In this document: positions 41,917-52,715 of the stretch, one piece after another | Position numbering within the stretch: position 1 is the first letter of the stretch | Layout of the letters: every line of letters starts with the position of its first letter | From: an uncultured cyanobacterium | GTDB taxonomy: Bacteria > Cyanobacteriota > Cyanobacteriia > Cyanobacteriales > Cyanobacteriaceae | Assembly: GCA_963749915.1 (NCBI GenBank) | Contig: CAVVOP010000005.1 | Span: 32,001-96,000, forward strand | DNA: 64,000 bases | Direction of reading: 5' to 3' | Program-made: the position numbers and the translations under genes | Notes under the pieces: generated by a model | Database searches by the model: none | What the model was told of the DNA's origin: nothing | The model's input: the letters and a program-made list of their open reading frames with translations, nothing else

Positions 41917-42576
41917 TTGGATATGAATAAATATTATCTTGTTAGTATGACCCCATCGATACTTGCTATTTTATTAAGTTCTCAGTCAGTGTTGGCTAGT
42001 CTATTTGACAGACCTGATTTTTTTGAACAAGGTCGAAAGCAGTTTGAACAAGAAATTCGTAGATTGCAAAGTGGACAATCTGTATCCGAGTCCCCTTTGA
42101 AAGTAAATATCGACTCTGTCTCTTGGATGAGGTTTATATTCCGTAAAGAGGGATTTACAACCATGATGCCAGCAGGAGCGATTACCCAAGAAACAGAAAT
42201 GGTTAAAACCCCAAAGGGACAAATTGAGTTTGATTTAATTGCAACCCACCCACCAGACTCTCGTTTTGTGGTCGCATATTCAGAGGTATTATCTGCTGAG
42301 CAAGTTGCCGAACCATCTGATGTCTTGGACTGGTCTAGTAACTATATTATGGAAAATACAGCTGGTGGATTTACTAAGACCTTAGAAGAAGATATTATTT
42401 TCAACAACTATCCAGGCAGAGATTTCACTCTCAAAAATCAAGGCGAAACGATTATGTTTCGACTGCTTTGGATTAAGCAACGTCTCTATGTTTTGGCTGT
42501 AAGTCAAGAGAAACAGGAAATATCTCAGGAAATGGTGACCAAATTCTTCGATTCATTTGAAATTTTACCGAAATGA
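41917..42576 (+). CDS. secreted hypothetical protein (PsbP/DcrB-like fold possible)
   Basis: Signal peptide; FFEQG, YPGRDF, RLYVLAV, KFFDSFEIL. Confidence 0.6.
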   Translation: MDMNKYYLVSMTPSILAILLSSQSVLASLFDRPDFFEQGRKQFEQEIRRLQSGQSVSESPLKVNIDSVSWMRFIFRKEGFTTMMPAGAITQETEMVKTPKGQIEFDLIATHPPDSRFVVAYSEVLSAEQVAEPSDVLDWSSNYIMENTAGGFTKTLEEDIIFNNYPGRDFTLKNQGETIMFRLLWIKQRLYVLAVSQEKQEISQEMVTKFFDSFEILPK

Positions 42577-42800
42577 TCTCCTAAGGGTTTTATTGTAGGA
42601 AAAGATAATTTTTAACTGATTCATTTTGGGTACAAGCCCCCACTAATTGTCTTTAATTTTGAATTGATAATTTTGAATTTGGAATTGTTTGAAAGTGAGA
42701 TCCTAACTATTCAAACCGCACAACTTCTGATAATATACGATCGATACTGTGCTATTCCCCACAGAGACTATCTAAGACCCATTGTAACTAGGAAGAACTA

Positions 42801-43721
42801 TTGATGCCCAAAATCGGCGTTATTTACAACGATATTAAACCGATTGCTTGTAAAGTGACAGAAGACTTACAAAAGCAATTAGAAGGTAAAGGTTATCAAG
42901 TGTGTTTAGCAACTGGTTACGCTGGTATTTTAGGATATTCTTATCCCGATCGCCCAGTGTGTCATAGTCCTATTGAACAAATCGCCCCAGCAGGATTTGA
43001 TGGGGACATGAGTTTTGCTATCGTCTTGGGAGGTGATGGTACAGTTTTGTCGGCTTCTCGACAAGTTGCACCTCATGGTATTCCCCTTTTAACGGTCAAC
43101 ACAGGACATTTGGGGTTTTTGACGGAAATTTATCTAAATCAACTTGCTGGGGCATTGGAGCGGGTTTTAAGTGGTAAATATGAAGTAGAAAAACGCTCGA
43201 TGATGAAAGTTAGGGTTGTTCGACACCAGACTTCTTTGTGGGAGGCTCTATGCTTGAATGAAGTCGTCGTTCATCGAGAACCATTGACAAGTATGTGTCA
43301 TTTTGAAATTGCCATCGGCAGACACTCTCCCGTTGATATTGCCGCCGACGGGGTGATTATTTCGACTCCAACAGGTTCAACGGCCTATTCTTTGAGTGCT
43401 GGAGGTCCGGTTGTTACACCTGATGTCCCTGTCTTTCAACTGGCCCCTATTTGTCCTCATTCTTTGGCTTCTCGCTCGTTAGTTTTTTCTGATCAAGAAC
43501 CTGTTACTATTTATCCTGCCACTCCTAATCAAATGGTGATGGTGGTAGATGGTAATGCCGGTTGTTATATCCTACCAGACGATCAAGTCCAAATTGTGCG
43601 ATCGCCTTATGATGTTAAGTTTATCCGTTTACAATCCCCAGAATTTTTCCGTATCCTCAGAGAAAAACTAGGTTGGGGTTTGCCACATATAGCGAAACCG
43701 ACATCGGTAGAATTACCTTAA
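42801..43721 (+). CDS. nadK: NAD+ kinase
   Basis: [38 protein letters not shown]. Confidence 0.95.
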   Translation: MMPKIGVIYNDIKPIACKVTEDLQKQLEGKGYQVCLATGYAGILGYSYPDRPVCHSPIEQIAPAGFDGDMSFAIVLGGDGTVLSASRQVAPHGIPLLTVNTGHLGFLTEIYLNQLAGALERVLSGKYEVEKRSMMKVRVVRHQTSLWEALCLNEVVVHREPLTSMCHFEIAIGRHSPVDIAADGVIISTPTGSTAYSLSAGGPVVTPDVPVFQLAPICPHSLASRSLVFSDQEPVTIYPATPNQMVMVVDGNAGCYILPDDQVQIVRSPYDVKFIRLQSPEFFRILREKLGWGLPHIAKPTSVELP

Positions 43722-44791
43722 TTGTTAATTGTTATAGATCGCTTAGGTTTCAGATACAAATTTTCTAAGATCACTCCTGCCGCCGCAACCCAAGGGGGCA
43801 CAATTAAAGCTCCCAGAATACCTATTACCTGAACTCCCCCTAACACCGCTAAGAGTTGATACAGTGGTTGTATTTTGACACTAGATCCCACTAATAAAGG
43901 ATCTAACACATAAGTTTCTACATTTTGAATGATGACAAATAATAAAAATACCCACCAAAAAGTCCAACCGCCCTGTGCGATCGCCACGATTAAAGCGGGG
44001 ATTGAACCCAAAACGGGACCAAAAAAGGGAATTAAATTGGTAAAACCGGCAATCACCCCTAAACCGACTGCAAACTCTGTAATGCCAATAAATTTTAGGC
44101 CGACAGTGATAGCAATTCCCAAAATTAATGATACTAATAACCTACCTTGGATATATCTTCCCATGCGACTAGCCATAAAAGGAAATTGAGCTTCTAGTTT
44201 AGTATCCCAAGGGGAAGGAAAGATACTGACAAAATCCTTGATTAATGTTCTCGAACCTGCCAACATATAACCAGAGAAAATAATAGAGAGTAGGATATTG
44301 AACACTGCACCAACAAGGCCTTTAGTGACACCTAAAGAGCTGACAATTAACTTTTGACTCCATCGTGCTGCCCATGCGGTCAAAGCCTGTAAATCTAGCC
44401 ATTGATCAATTAAATTTAAGGCTTTCGGTTCGGTAATACCAAAACGAATAATCAATGACTGGGTTAAATTAGTAATAATATCCAAATAAGTCGGCAATTT
44501 TTGTAATAATCGTTGAATTTGAGTGATTACCGTGGGTCCAATAATTAATCCTCCTCCTGTAAAAATCAAAACTATTAGTAAATAGGCTAAAATAACCGCT
44601 AGCCAACGAGGAATCCGTATTTTTTCGCCATAGTCAACAATGGGTGCTAAAGTGGCCGCTAAAACAGCAGAAATCATTAAAACAACCAGTAAGCCTCTTA
44701 ATTGCCATAACAGAATGATAGATAATACCGTTACAGTCACTAAGGCTATACTACCCAAAGAAATAGAAATCAATCCCCTTGATTTATTCAT
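43718..44791 (-). CDS. AI-2E family transporter
   Basis: Multi-[30 protein letters not shown]. Confidence 0.88.
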   Translation of the reverse strand: MNKSRGLISISLGSIALVTVTVLSIILLWQLRGLLVVLMISAVLAATLAPIVDYGEKIRIPRWLAVILAYLLIVLIFTGGGLIIGPTVITQIQRLLQKLPTYLDIITNLTQSLIIRFGITEPKALNLIDQWLDLQALTAWAARWSQKLIVSSLGVTKGLVGAVFNILLSIIFSGYMLAGSRTLIKDFVSIFPSPWDTKLEAQFPFMASRMGRYIQGRLLVSLILGIAITVGLKFIGITEFAVGLGVIAGFTNLIPFFGPVLGSIPALIVAIAQGGWTFWWVFLLFVIIQNVETYVLDPLLVGSSVKIQPLYQLLAVLGGVQVIGILGALIVPPWVAAAGVILENLYLKPKRSITINN

Positions 44792-44862
44792 TACATTTGA
44801 TCGCAGATAAAGAAAATTTGAGCAAATATAATTCTAAGACTTTAATTAGCATTTGCAAAAAA

Positions 44863-45567
44863 TTAAGACTCAAGGGAATCCGTAACTTTAACTCCATTTT
44901 TCTTAGAAAATCCCCAGGTAAACATACCGATAATGACACTAATCATTAACCATTCGGGGGGTACAATATTGGGATCGATTACTTTCAGGATTAATCTTAA
45001 ACCCACTAAACCCACTGTAATAAATCCAGCATCTTGCAAATAAATAAATTCTTCAATCCAACGAATAAATAGTTGAGCGAGAAACCGTAAGGCGATGACT
45101 CCGATCGTACCACCAGCAATAATTAACCAAATTTCATCGACTACGGCAATGGCAGTGGTGACGCTATCCAATGAAAAGGCTAAATCCGTAAAAGCAATGG
45201 TGGGGATGGCCTGCCATAAGTTGGGAAAGTTTAGTTTAGCGACATTTTCTTCTCCTTCATTATCATTACCTGTAAAATATTGAAAGGTCAACCATAATAA
45301 ATATAATCCCCCAAACAAAGAAAATTGCCAATATTTAATAACCCAAGTTGCTGTAACAATCAACGTAACTCTTAAAAAGTACGCCATTAATAAACCAATA
45401 TTTAAAGCATGATTTTGTTGTTTTTCCTCTTTTAAGCCTTGAGCAATAGAGGCTAAGGCGATAGCGTTATCTGCGGATAAAACGGCTTCCAAGGCAACGA
45501 GAATAATTAAAATAAAAACTGTATCAATACCAAAGTCAATAGAAGGGTGTAAAATTTGCTCAAGCAT
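44863..45567 (-). CDS. TerC-family membrane protein
   Basis: LEAVLSADNA, DLAFSLDSV. Confidence 0.9.
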   Translation of the reverse strand: MLEQILHPSIDFGIDTVFILIILVALEAVLSADNAIALASIAQGLKEEKQQNHALNIGLLMAYFLRVTLIVTATWVIKYWQFSLFGGLYLLWLTFQYFTGNDNEGEENVAKLNFPNLWQAIPTIAFTDLAFSLDSVTTAIAVVDEIWLIIAGGTIGVIALRFLAQLFIRWIEEFIYLQDAGFITVGLVGLRLILKVIDPNIVPPEWLMISVIIGMFTWGFSKKNGVKVTDSLES

Positions 45568-45785
45568 TCAGATTCTTTACCTTGTTCAATTTATGTTACT
45601 ATGCGATTAATAATTTACCGGGTGAAGATAATATCCGTTAGATTCCCAGTCTAAGTTAGCTTTAATTGATATGGTGTCATGGTTTCTGGCCATTTTTTCA
45701 TAGCTGATGATCTTTTTCCATACCAATAGTCCCAATAAATCTACTTCTATTTTATTCTGAAAGTATCTCTTTAGTATATATAATT

Positions 45786-46184
45786 ATGATCCTTGGATTT
45801 GATCCCGGTAGAGATAAATGCGGTTTGGCCATTTTAAATAATAATAAGCAAATTTTATATAATGAAGTCGTCCCTAGTGAAGAAGCGATAGCTGTGATCA
45901 CAAAACTAATCAATGAATATAAGCCTTTTAAGCTAATAATGGGCAATCAAACCACTTCTAAGCAGTGGGAAAAGCAATTAAAAGATAACTTAAAATTATC
46001 AGTAGAAACAATATTAGTAGATGAAAGAAATAGTACAGTAGAAGCAAAGCAAAGATATTGGAAAATGTATCCCCCTCAAGGATTAACCCGATTAATACCT
46101 CAGGGTTTAAGAATTCCCCCTCGCCCAGTAGATGATATTGTCGCGATCATATTGATCGAACGATATTTGAACGATACACAATAA
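45786..46184 (+). CDS. YqgF/RNase H-fold protein
   Basis: ILGFDPGRDKCG, VDERNST, VDDIVAIILIERY. Confidence 0.85.
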   Translation: MILGFDPGRDKCGLAILNNNKQILYNEVVPSEEAIAVITKLINEYKPFKLIMGNQTTSKQWEKQLKDNLKLSVETILVDERNSTVEAKQRYWKMYPPQGLTRLIPQGLRIPPRPVDDIVAIILIERYLNDTQ

Positions 46185-46263
46185 ATGGGTGCGACCTTTT
46201 TAAAAATAAGGTATGCCTAGTTTTTATTGATAATAGATTTTGACATGAGGGAAGATGGAATGG

Positions 46264-46548
46264 TTAATTGTTTTCCCTGTCTTCCCAAAGATATAAGAAA
46301 ATCATTAGGGCAACGACTGCTATTTGAATTAATAAATTGAGGATGTTATTAGAGATATTTTTCCCGGCAATTAACTGTATAAAAAAGATAAAAGCACCAA
46401 TGGCACCAGAGGCACCGATACCAAAATAAATAAATTTTCTCAACCCTTTATAGGGAGCTTCTGCTTCTGCTTTTAAATAGGCGTATTTTTTGGCATCTAA
46501 ATTATTTTTGTTATTGTTATTTATCTTATTTTTAAAATTATTATTCAT
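46264..46548 (-). CDS. DUF3493 membrane protein
   Basis: LKAEAEAPYKGLRKFIY..GASGAIG, two TM helices. Confidence 0.8.
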   Translation of the reverse strand: MNNNFKNKINNNNKNNLDAKKYAYLKAEAEAPYKGLRKFIYFGIGASGAIGAFIFFIQLIAGKNISNNILNLLIQIAVVALMIFLYLWEDRENN

Positions 46549-46622
46549 GTTTATTGATATTATTGAAATTATAAAATATTCAAAATTAGATGCTAGTTAT
46601 TAAGTTGAAAATAATTAATTTC

Positions 46623-47012
46623 TCAAGTTTTTTTGATAACAAAATGTTGTTTAATCATATCCCATAATGAGCAATCCCAATAATCATAATGACCGATGAT
46701 TAAGTTATCTTTTAATTTTAACTCACTTCTGCCAGAAACAGAAATAAATGGTTGCCAGGGTAAAGGACTATTCCATGACATTGTCCAACGGGTATCTATT
46801 TGGCTTTGATTTTCGTCTAGTTTTATTTCGTGCAATTTTAAGTTTAAATTTTTAAACCATTTTTTTAGAAAAACAATCATTTCTTGATATTTTTTTAAGC
46901 CATAAAAATTATAAATTGGATCTTTAAAATGAACATCTTCTGCATAGATACTGTAAGTTTGATTTTCTGGAAAATTTTGGTAATCTTGTTTAATAATTTC
47001 AACTAAGTTCAT
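46623..47012 (-). CDS. DUF2358 (SnoaL-like) protein
   Basis: IYAEDVHFKDP, TRWTMSW..PLPW, HYDYWD. Confidence 0.82.
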   Translation of the reverse strand: MNLVEIIKQDYQNFPENQTYSIYAEDVHFKDPIYNFYGLKKYQEMIVFLKKWFKNLNLKLHEIKLDENQSQIDTRWTMSWNSPLPWQPFISVSGRSELKLKDNLIIGHYDYWDCSLWDMIKQHFVIKKT

Positions 47013-47085
47013 ATTTTTATCGTTAATTTAATGGATGGTAAATAAATAAGTGTTATATCTTTTATTATTTTCGTAATTTTATTGT

Positions 47086-48597
47086 CTAAAAATGAAGCTC
47101 TTGGGTGTGACTTTTTTCAATTTCTAAAATAATTTTCGGTTTTAATTCTTCCAAATCTAGTTTCAGCTTTTTTCTACTAATAACTGCTTCTTCATTATGT
47201 TTTACGCTTATCATATTGCTTACCGATGCCCATTGTTTCAGGTTGGTTCGTTGTTTAAGCATCACTTTTAAGGACAAGAAATCAATGCATTTTTCAGGTT
47301 TTTCGAGGGCAAAAAAGAGAATAAAATATTCTTTATAATCGCTTAAAGCATTGACCACTTGTTGACCAATGTTAGTTTTTAGGTCTAAATAACAGGGTAA
47401 CCAACGAGCGCCATATTCAGGGCTATATAATACTGTTAGCCATAAAATCATCGGATGGGGATAACTTTGAAAGAAAAATTGATTGTAACGAATATTATTT
47501 TTTCTTTTCTTAATATCTTCCTCCTCTAACATAGTGCAAATAGTGGGTAAAATTTCCTTTTTATAGATAAGAATACGAGGAAAAACTATTTTTTGAATAG
47601 GTTTATTCCCAGGCCATTTACTAGCTAATAAAAATTTTTCTAAGGTTGATTTATATTGATTTTCAGATTTATTTACTTGAACGTTAACAAAAGAAGTGTC
47701 ATTGTCATTTGAAGTAATTTTACTAGCAATCATACCTAATTTTTGGAGAATTTCACCGGCACTTTGAGGACGATTAGAAGGAGATTTTTCCAGACAACGT
47801 AAAACTAATTTTTCTAATTCCAAAGGGATGTTTAATTCGGGAGGAAATTTGGCCGGTGTTAACTCTGTATGAGCCTTATACCAATCCGCCATGGTGTCTA
47901 TTTCTAAATTCCAGGGGTATTTTTTGCTCAACATTAAATACATCACCATGCCTAAACTATAAATATCTGAACGATTATCTAACTTTTTTTCCAGCAGTTG
48001 TTCTGGGGAACAATATCGGGGAGTACCGACGAAACTCTCTGTTTCTCCTTCTTCATTTTTAATTAATTTAGCAATACCAAAATCTAATACTTTGATTGTT
48101 GATTTTCCTGTTTCTTCTTCTTCAACAACATAAATATTGCTAGGTTTAAGATCTCGATGGATAACAGGACTAATTTCTCCTTCAAAAAAAATACCATTAT
48201 GGGCAATTTCCATAGCACGACAAATTTGACAGGAATAATCCAGAAAATCCGTTAAAGAAAGATCGTGAATATCAATCATGTCACCCAGATTCTCACCATT
48301 AAGATACTCCATAACATAGAAAGGAACGTTATTTTCATCGACACCATAATCAGTTACTTTGATAATATTTTGACTTCTTTCAGAAAGCAAGGTGCTGATG
48401 GTGGCCTCTCTCTGAAACCTTTTGATCATTTTTACATCATCTAAAGCACGGGAGAGGACTTTTACGGCTACATTGTGATTTTTTGAGAGGGTATCTTCTG
48501 CTAGATATACTATCCCCATCGCCCCTTGACCGATTACTTCTTTTAATTTATAGCGTTGGATTAATAGTTTTTCGTTATATAAATCACTTTGATTCAT
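47086..48597 (-). CDS. Hanks-type Ser/Thr protein kinase (SpkA-like)
   Basis: IGQGAMG, VAVK, HRDLKPSN, DFGIAK, GTPRYCSPEQ; C-terminal WLPCYLDLK domain. Confidence 0.9.
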   Translation of the reverse strand: MNQSDLYNEKLLIQRYKLKEVIGQGAMGIVYLAEDTLSKNHNVAVKVLSRALDDVKMIKRFQREATISTLLSERSQNIIKVTDYGVDENNVPFYVMEYLNGENLGDMIDIHDLSLTDFLDYSCQICRAMEIAHNGIFFEGEISPVIHRDLKPSNIYVVEEEETGKSTIKVLDFGIAKLIKNEEGETESFVGTPRYCSPEQLLEKKLDNRSDIYSLGMVMYLMLSKKYPWNLEIDTMADWYKAHTELTPAKFPPELNIPLELEKLVLRCLEKSPSNRPQSAGEILQKLGMIASKITSNDNDTSFVNVQVNKSENQYKSTLEKFLLASKWPGNKPIQKIVFPRILIYKKEILPTICTMLEEEDIKKRKNNIRYNQFFFQSYPHPMILWLTVLYSPEYGARWLPCYLDLKTNIGQQVVNALSDYKEYFILFFALEKPEKCIDFLSLKVMLKQRTNLKQWASVSNMISVKHNEEAVISRKKLKLDLEELKPKIILEIEKSHTQELHF

Positions 48598-48723
48598 AGT
48601 AAGTTTAGATGGTTTTCTTTAATTCATTATAGGGTTCTCTTCGGTTGGTCTGACTAAGCTTTTTGGCATCACGTCTGTTAATAATTAACAAGTGCTAACT
48701 AATTTAAATTCTAACCTCACTAT

Positions 48724-49797
48724 TCAAAACCAAGAAATGGAAAACTGTTCATCTTGGTAAAGTTTGCCTAATTCCTGAATATTCATTCTCGATGTTACTC
48801 CTAATGATAAAGGAGATCGCATATTATGATTAAAATGATCACAAGCCGCACAAGCAATCATAGCCGCATTATCAGTACAAAGTTTTAGAGGGGGGAAAAA
48901 CACCTGTAAATTGTGCCTATGGGCTTCTTGGTGTAAATGTTGCCTTAAACCACTATTAGCCGCCACGCCACCCCCCACAGCAATTTTTGTTAAATTTAAG
49001 TGTAAACAAGCCTTAATAGATCGTTTTGTCAAGGCTTTAGCCACAGTAGCTTGAAAACTAGCACATAAATCTGCAATGGGTAAACTATCAGGGTTTTCTT
49101 CTTTTAATCTCGTAATTAGTCTTAACATTGCCGTTTTTAACCCGCTAAAACTAGAATCATAGGGGTGAAAACCTTGATTATTAGGCAATGAAACCTTACC
49201 CTCCGGAAGTTTGAAAGCCTTTGGATTTCCCTCTTTTGCCAGTTTATCAATTACAGGACCTCCCGGATAAGGTAAACTCAACAACCGTGCCACCTTATCA
49301 AAAGCCTCCCCCGCCGCATCATCACGGGTTGAACCGATATTTTCATATACCCCGCGGGCCTTCACATGAATTAAGCTAGTATGCCCCCCAGATACTAATA
49401 AAGAAAGAAAAGGCGGTTCTAAATCAGCATTATTAAGATAACTGGCGTAAATATGACCTTCAAGATGATGAATTCCTAAAAATGGCTTATGATGAACCAT
49501 CGCCAAAGTTTTTGCCGCCGTTACTCCTACAATTAATGAGCCTACTAATCCCGGTGTCACTGTGGAGGCGATCCCATCAATATCAGTCCAGGATAAACCC
49601 GAATCATCTAAAGCCTTATCAATACAGGGATTAACCATTTCTAAATGTTGACGGGAAGCTAACTCAGGCACAACACCCCCATACTGTTCATGTAGATTAA
49701 TTTGTGACGCTATGACATTAGATAAAATATTACGATTTTTTACAATTGCGACGCTAGTTTCATCACAACTGCTTTCCACTGCTAAAATGACACTCAT
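48724..49797 (-). CDS. tsaD: tRNA N6-adenosine threonylcarbamoyltransferase
   Basis: ESSCDET, GGVVPELASRQH, HHLEGH, LVSGGHT, DDAAGEAFDK, TDNAAMI. Confidence 0.97.
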   Translation of the reverse strand: MSVILAVESSCDETSVAIVKNRNILSNVIASQINLHEQYGGVVPELASRQHLEMVNPCIDKALDDSGLSWTDIDGIASTVTPGLVGSLIVGVTAAKTLAMVHHKPFLGIHHLEGHIYASYLNNADLEPPFLSLLVSGGHTSLIHVKARGVYENIGSTRDDAAGEAFDKVARLLSLPYPGGPVIDKLAKEGNPKAFKLPEGKVSLPNNQGFHPYDSSFSGLKTAMLRLITRLKEENPDSLPIADLCASFQATVAKALTKRSIKACLHLNLTKIAVGGGVAANSGLRQHLHQEAHRHNLQVFFPPLKLCTDNAAMIACAACDHFNHNMRSPLSLGVTSRMNIQELGKLYQDEQFSISWF

Positions 49798-49947
49798 TAT
49801 TTAAGTAATTTGTTAAGAATAATAAATTTTCTTCTTATTACTTTACTCCATTTACTAATCACAGTAAGATCGCATTTGAAGCCATTTTTCAGCTTCATTT
49901 TTTGTAACAAAAACTTATTGTTTCGACAAAAATAAGGAAACAATTCT

Positions 49948-50454
49948 ATGGGTAAAATATTCAGTTTAGTATTAGCATTCGCTCTTTCCGTGACTTTGTG
50001 GGCAAATTTCCCTCCTACCGCACAAGCAGATTTATCACATTTAACTCCTTGTAGTGAATCTGCGGCATATCAAGCTAAAGCCAAAAGCTTCCGTAACACT
50101 ACCGATGATCCCACATCTGGCAAAAAACGTGCTGAAAGCTATAGCCAAGCACTTTGTGGCCCTGAAGGCTATCCCCATTTAGTGGTAGATGGCAGATTAG
50201 ATCATGCCGGTGACTTTATCATCCCCGGTGTATTATTCCTTTATATCGCTGGTTGGATTGGTTGGGTAGGCCGTGCCTATCTCATCGCCATCAGAGAAGA
50301 AAAAGATACAGAAATGCGTGAAATCATCATCGATGTACCTCTCGCCATCAATAAAATGTTATTTGGTTTCTTGTGGCCTTTACAAGCATTCAAAGAGTTT
50401 ACCTCTGGTGAATTAACAGTAAAAGATTCGGAAATTCCCGTTTCTCCTCGTTAA
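49948..50454 (+). CDS. psaF: photosystem I subunit III
   Basis: [43 protein letters not shown]. Confidence 0.97.
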   Translation: MGKIFSLVLAFALSVTLWANFPPTAQADLSHLTPCSESAAYQAKAKSFRNTTDDPTSGKKRAESYSQALCGPEGYPHLVVDGRLDHAGDFIIPGVLFLYIAGWIGWVGRAYLIAIREEKDTEMREIIIDVPLAINKMLFGFLWPLQAFKEFTSGELTVKDSEIPVSPR

Positions 50455-50496
50455 TTTTTGCTGTTCATTTTTAACTAATTATTAGGAGAAATTTTG

Positions 50497-50625
50497 ATGA
50501 AAGATTTAACAACCTTTTTATCTACTGCCCCTGTTTTAATAACTGCTTTGTTGGTTTTTACCGCAGGTTTATTAATCGAATTTAATCGTTTTTACCCTGA
50601 TCTTTTATTCCATCCTATGGGCTAA
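50497..50625 (+). CDS. psaJ: photosystem I subunit IX (not in ORF track)
   Basis: [49 protein letters not shown]; follows psaF. Confidence 0.97.
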   Translation: MKDLTTFLSTAPVLITALLVFTAGLLIEFNRFYPDLLFHPMG

Positions 50626-50652
50626 ATTTTTAACTAAAAATAGATTAATATA

Positions 50653-50708
50653 GAGGTACGATCCATTTTTGGCGATGGCTGAAAGCGCCACTGTGGGATC
50701 GTGCCTTT
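50653..50708 (+). terminator. stem-loop after psaFJ
   Basis: AGGTACGATCC / GGATCGTGCCT outer stem, inner TGGCG/CGCCA stem. Confidence 0.55.
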
Positions 50709-50776
50709 GTGATCAATGAACAATTAATTATTTTCTCCTAGTCTCCCCTGTCTTTTTTAAGACCTAACTCACTGCA

Positions 50777-51229
50777 ATGGCCAATTTTTTTGAATTTGAA
50801 ACAGATTTTGTCGATTCTTTGCGTTGTATTCCTATGATTGTCAGGTTTAAACTTGATACCTGTGGGGTAAAATTAAAACTTAATCACTGGCATAATTTCA
50901 ATCAAATTGAGAGGGAGTCCTTAGTTCATAAACCTTGTTTAACTCCCCAAGAAATAGAAGAATATCGTCAACATTTGCAAGAATTAGTATTGTTTAAAAC
51001 AGGAGAATATGCTAAGGAATTAAATATTGATCCTCATCCTGAATGGTTAGACATAGAAAAAATTCCCATTGATTTACAGGAAAAAGCTCAAGAATTTGAT
51101 TTTCAACTAAATTTATCTCAATGGCAAAACTTGACACCTTTACAGAGATTTGTATTAATAAAATTGAGCCGTCCTAGTCATGAAAATCGTAATTTTTTAC
51201 CAGCTTTACAAGAGTTTAATTTAGTTTGA
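50777..51229 (+). CDS. narM: nitrate reductase-associated protein
   Basis: FEFETDFVDSLRCIPMIVRFKLDTCGVKLKL..LQRFVLIKLSRPSHENRNF. Confidence 0.85.
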   Translation: MANFFEFETDFVDSLRCIPMIVRFKLDTCGVKLKLNHWHNFNQIERESLVHKPCLTPQEIEEYRQHLQELVLFKTGEYAKELNIDPHPEWLDIEKIPIDLQEKAQEFDFQLNLSQWQNLTPLQRFVLIKLSRPSHENRNFLPALQEFNLV

Positions 51230-51309
51230 TATCAAATCCGGTTAATTGCACATAGATGCAATTTAGTTACTACTATTCATAAAGGACCTTTTGAGATACT
51301 TGCGTACGA

Positions 51310-52602
51310 CTAATAACTGACTGCTTGATAATAATCTCTTGTACCTTTAGCAGACATCGCCTCATTTAAACGATTAAGGGCATGAATATAAGCAGAAGTG
51401 CGCATATTAACCCCAAATTCTTGAGAAATACGCCAAACTGCTTCAGTTTCTTCGATCATTCTGACTTTTAATCTTTCCTGTACTTCTATTAAACTCCAAT
51501 ATAAACCGTTACGATTTTGTACCCACTCTAAATAGCTTACTGTCACACCCCCTGCATTGACCAAAATATCAGGAAAAACATGGATACCTTTGGCATCTAA
51601 AATGGCATCTGCGGAAGAGGTTATAGGACCATTAGCAACTTCAAAGATATATTTTGCTTGAATTTGATCAGCGTTATTTTCTGTTATTTGTTTTTCTAGG
51701 GCTGCGGGAATTAAAACATCGACATCAAGGGTTAATAATTGTTCATTGGTAATTACTTCGTGCTCAACAATATTGCAAACACTATCTTCACAGTAAACCC
51801 CCTTAACGCTAGAGTTATTTCGTTTATATTGACGAATACTCGGTATATCTAAACCCTGTGGGGCATAAATACCCCCTTGAGAGTCACTGACAGCAACGAC
51901 TTTATAACCCGCTTTGCCTAACAATTCCGCAATTTCTGCCCCCGCATTCCCAAAACCTTGTACTGCTATTGTAGTTTTTTGGGGGGGTTGACCAAATTTC
52001 GGCAAAGTCGTATTCATGACATGAAATGCTCCCGTAGCCGTTGCGGTATCTCTACCTTGACTGCCTCCCATAGTTAAAGGTTTCCCTGTTACTACACCGA
52101 GAGAAATCCGACGGCAAATGATACTATATTGATCCATCATCCAACCCATAATCATCTCATTGGTGTAAACATCAGGTGCTAAAATATCGACATCTGGACC
52201 AATAAAATCGGCGATCGCCTCAATATAACCTCGACTTAATCTTTCTAATTCTGCTTTAGATAATTCTTTAGGATTAACAGTAATCCCCCCTTTTGCACCA
52301 CCAAAGGGAAGATTTAACAAAGCACATTTGAAAGTCATCCAAAAAGCCAGAGATTGAACTTCATCAAGGCACACAGACGGATGATAACGAACTCCTCCCT
52401 TACCTGGTCCTCTGGTGTCATCATATCTTACTCGATAACCCTGAAAAATTCGCAAAGAACCGTCATCCATGCGCACAGGAATAGAAACATTAAGACTAGC
52501 TTTAGGGTATTTCAGCCTTTCACTAGCATCTTCAGAAATTGATACATATTTCAACGCCTGTTCTAATCTGACACTAGCATCTGCCAATAAGGACCGAGAC
52601 AT
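51310..52602 (-). CDS. gdhA: Glu/Leu/Phe/Val (glutamate) dehydrogenase
   Basis: GPGKGGVRYHP, GGAKGG, APDVYT, VQGFGNAG, NAGGVTVSY. Confidence 0.9.
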   Translation of the reverse strand: MSRSLLADASVRLEQALKYVSISEDASERLKYPKASLNVSIPVRMDDGSLRIFQGYRVRYDDTRGPGKGGVRYHPSVCLDEVQSLAFWMTFKCALLNLPFGGAKGGITVNPKELSKAELERLSRGYIEAIADFIGPDVDILAPDVYTNEMIMGWMMDQYSIICRRISLGVVTGKPLTMGGSQGRDTATATGAFHVMNTTLPKFGQPPQKTTIAVQGFGNAGAEIAELLGKAGYKVVAVSDSQGGIYAPQGLDIPSIRQYKRNNSSVKGVYCEDSVCNIVEHEVITNEQLLTLDVDVLIPAALEKQITENNADQIQAKYIFEVANGPITSSADAILDAKGIHVFPDILVNAGGVTVSYLEWVQNRNGLYWSLIEVQERLKVRMIEETEAVWRISQEFGVNMRTSAYIHALNRLNEAMSAKGTRDYYQAVSY

Positions 52603-52715
52603 AATTTTAATCCCTTAAAACTTTCTTGTACTATTTTTATTTAAGCACCTCAGGAGAGCAAAAAGCAATGTATGGGAGAATGGCATTTCCCCAAGTAATT
52701 AATAACAATCAATAA

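Noticed and set aside
45568..45785. Possible yybP-ykoY (Mn2+) riboswitch upstream of terC
   Set aside because: Only faint echoes (GAAGTAG, ATCATCA, GAAACC on the minus strand) and no convincing stems; mntP has only a 21-nt leader gap, so no room there either
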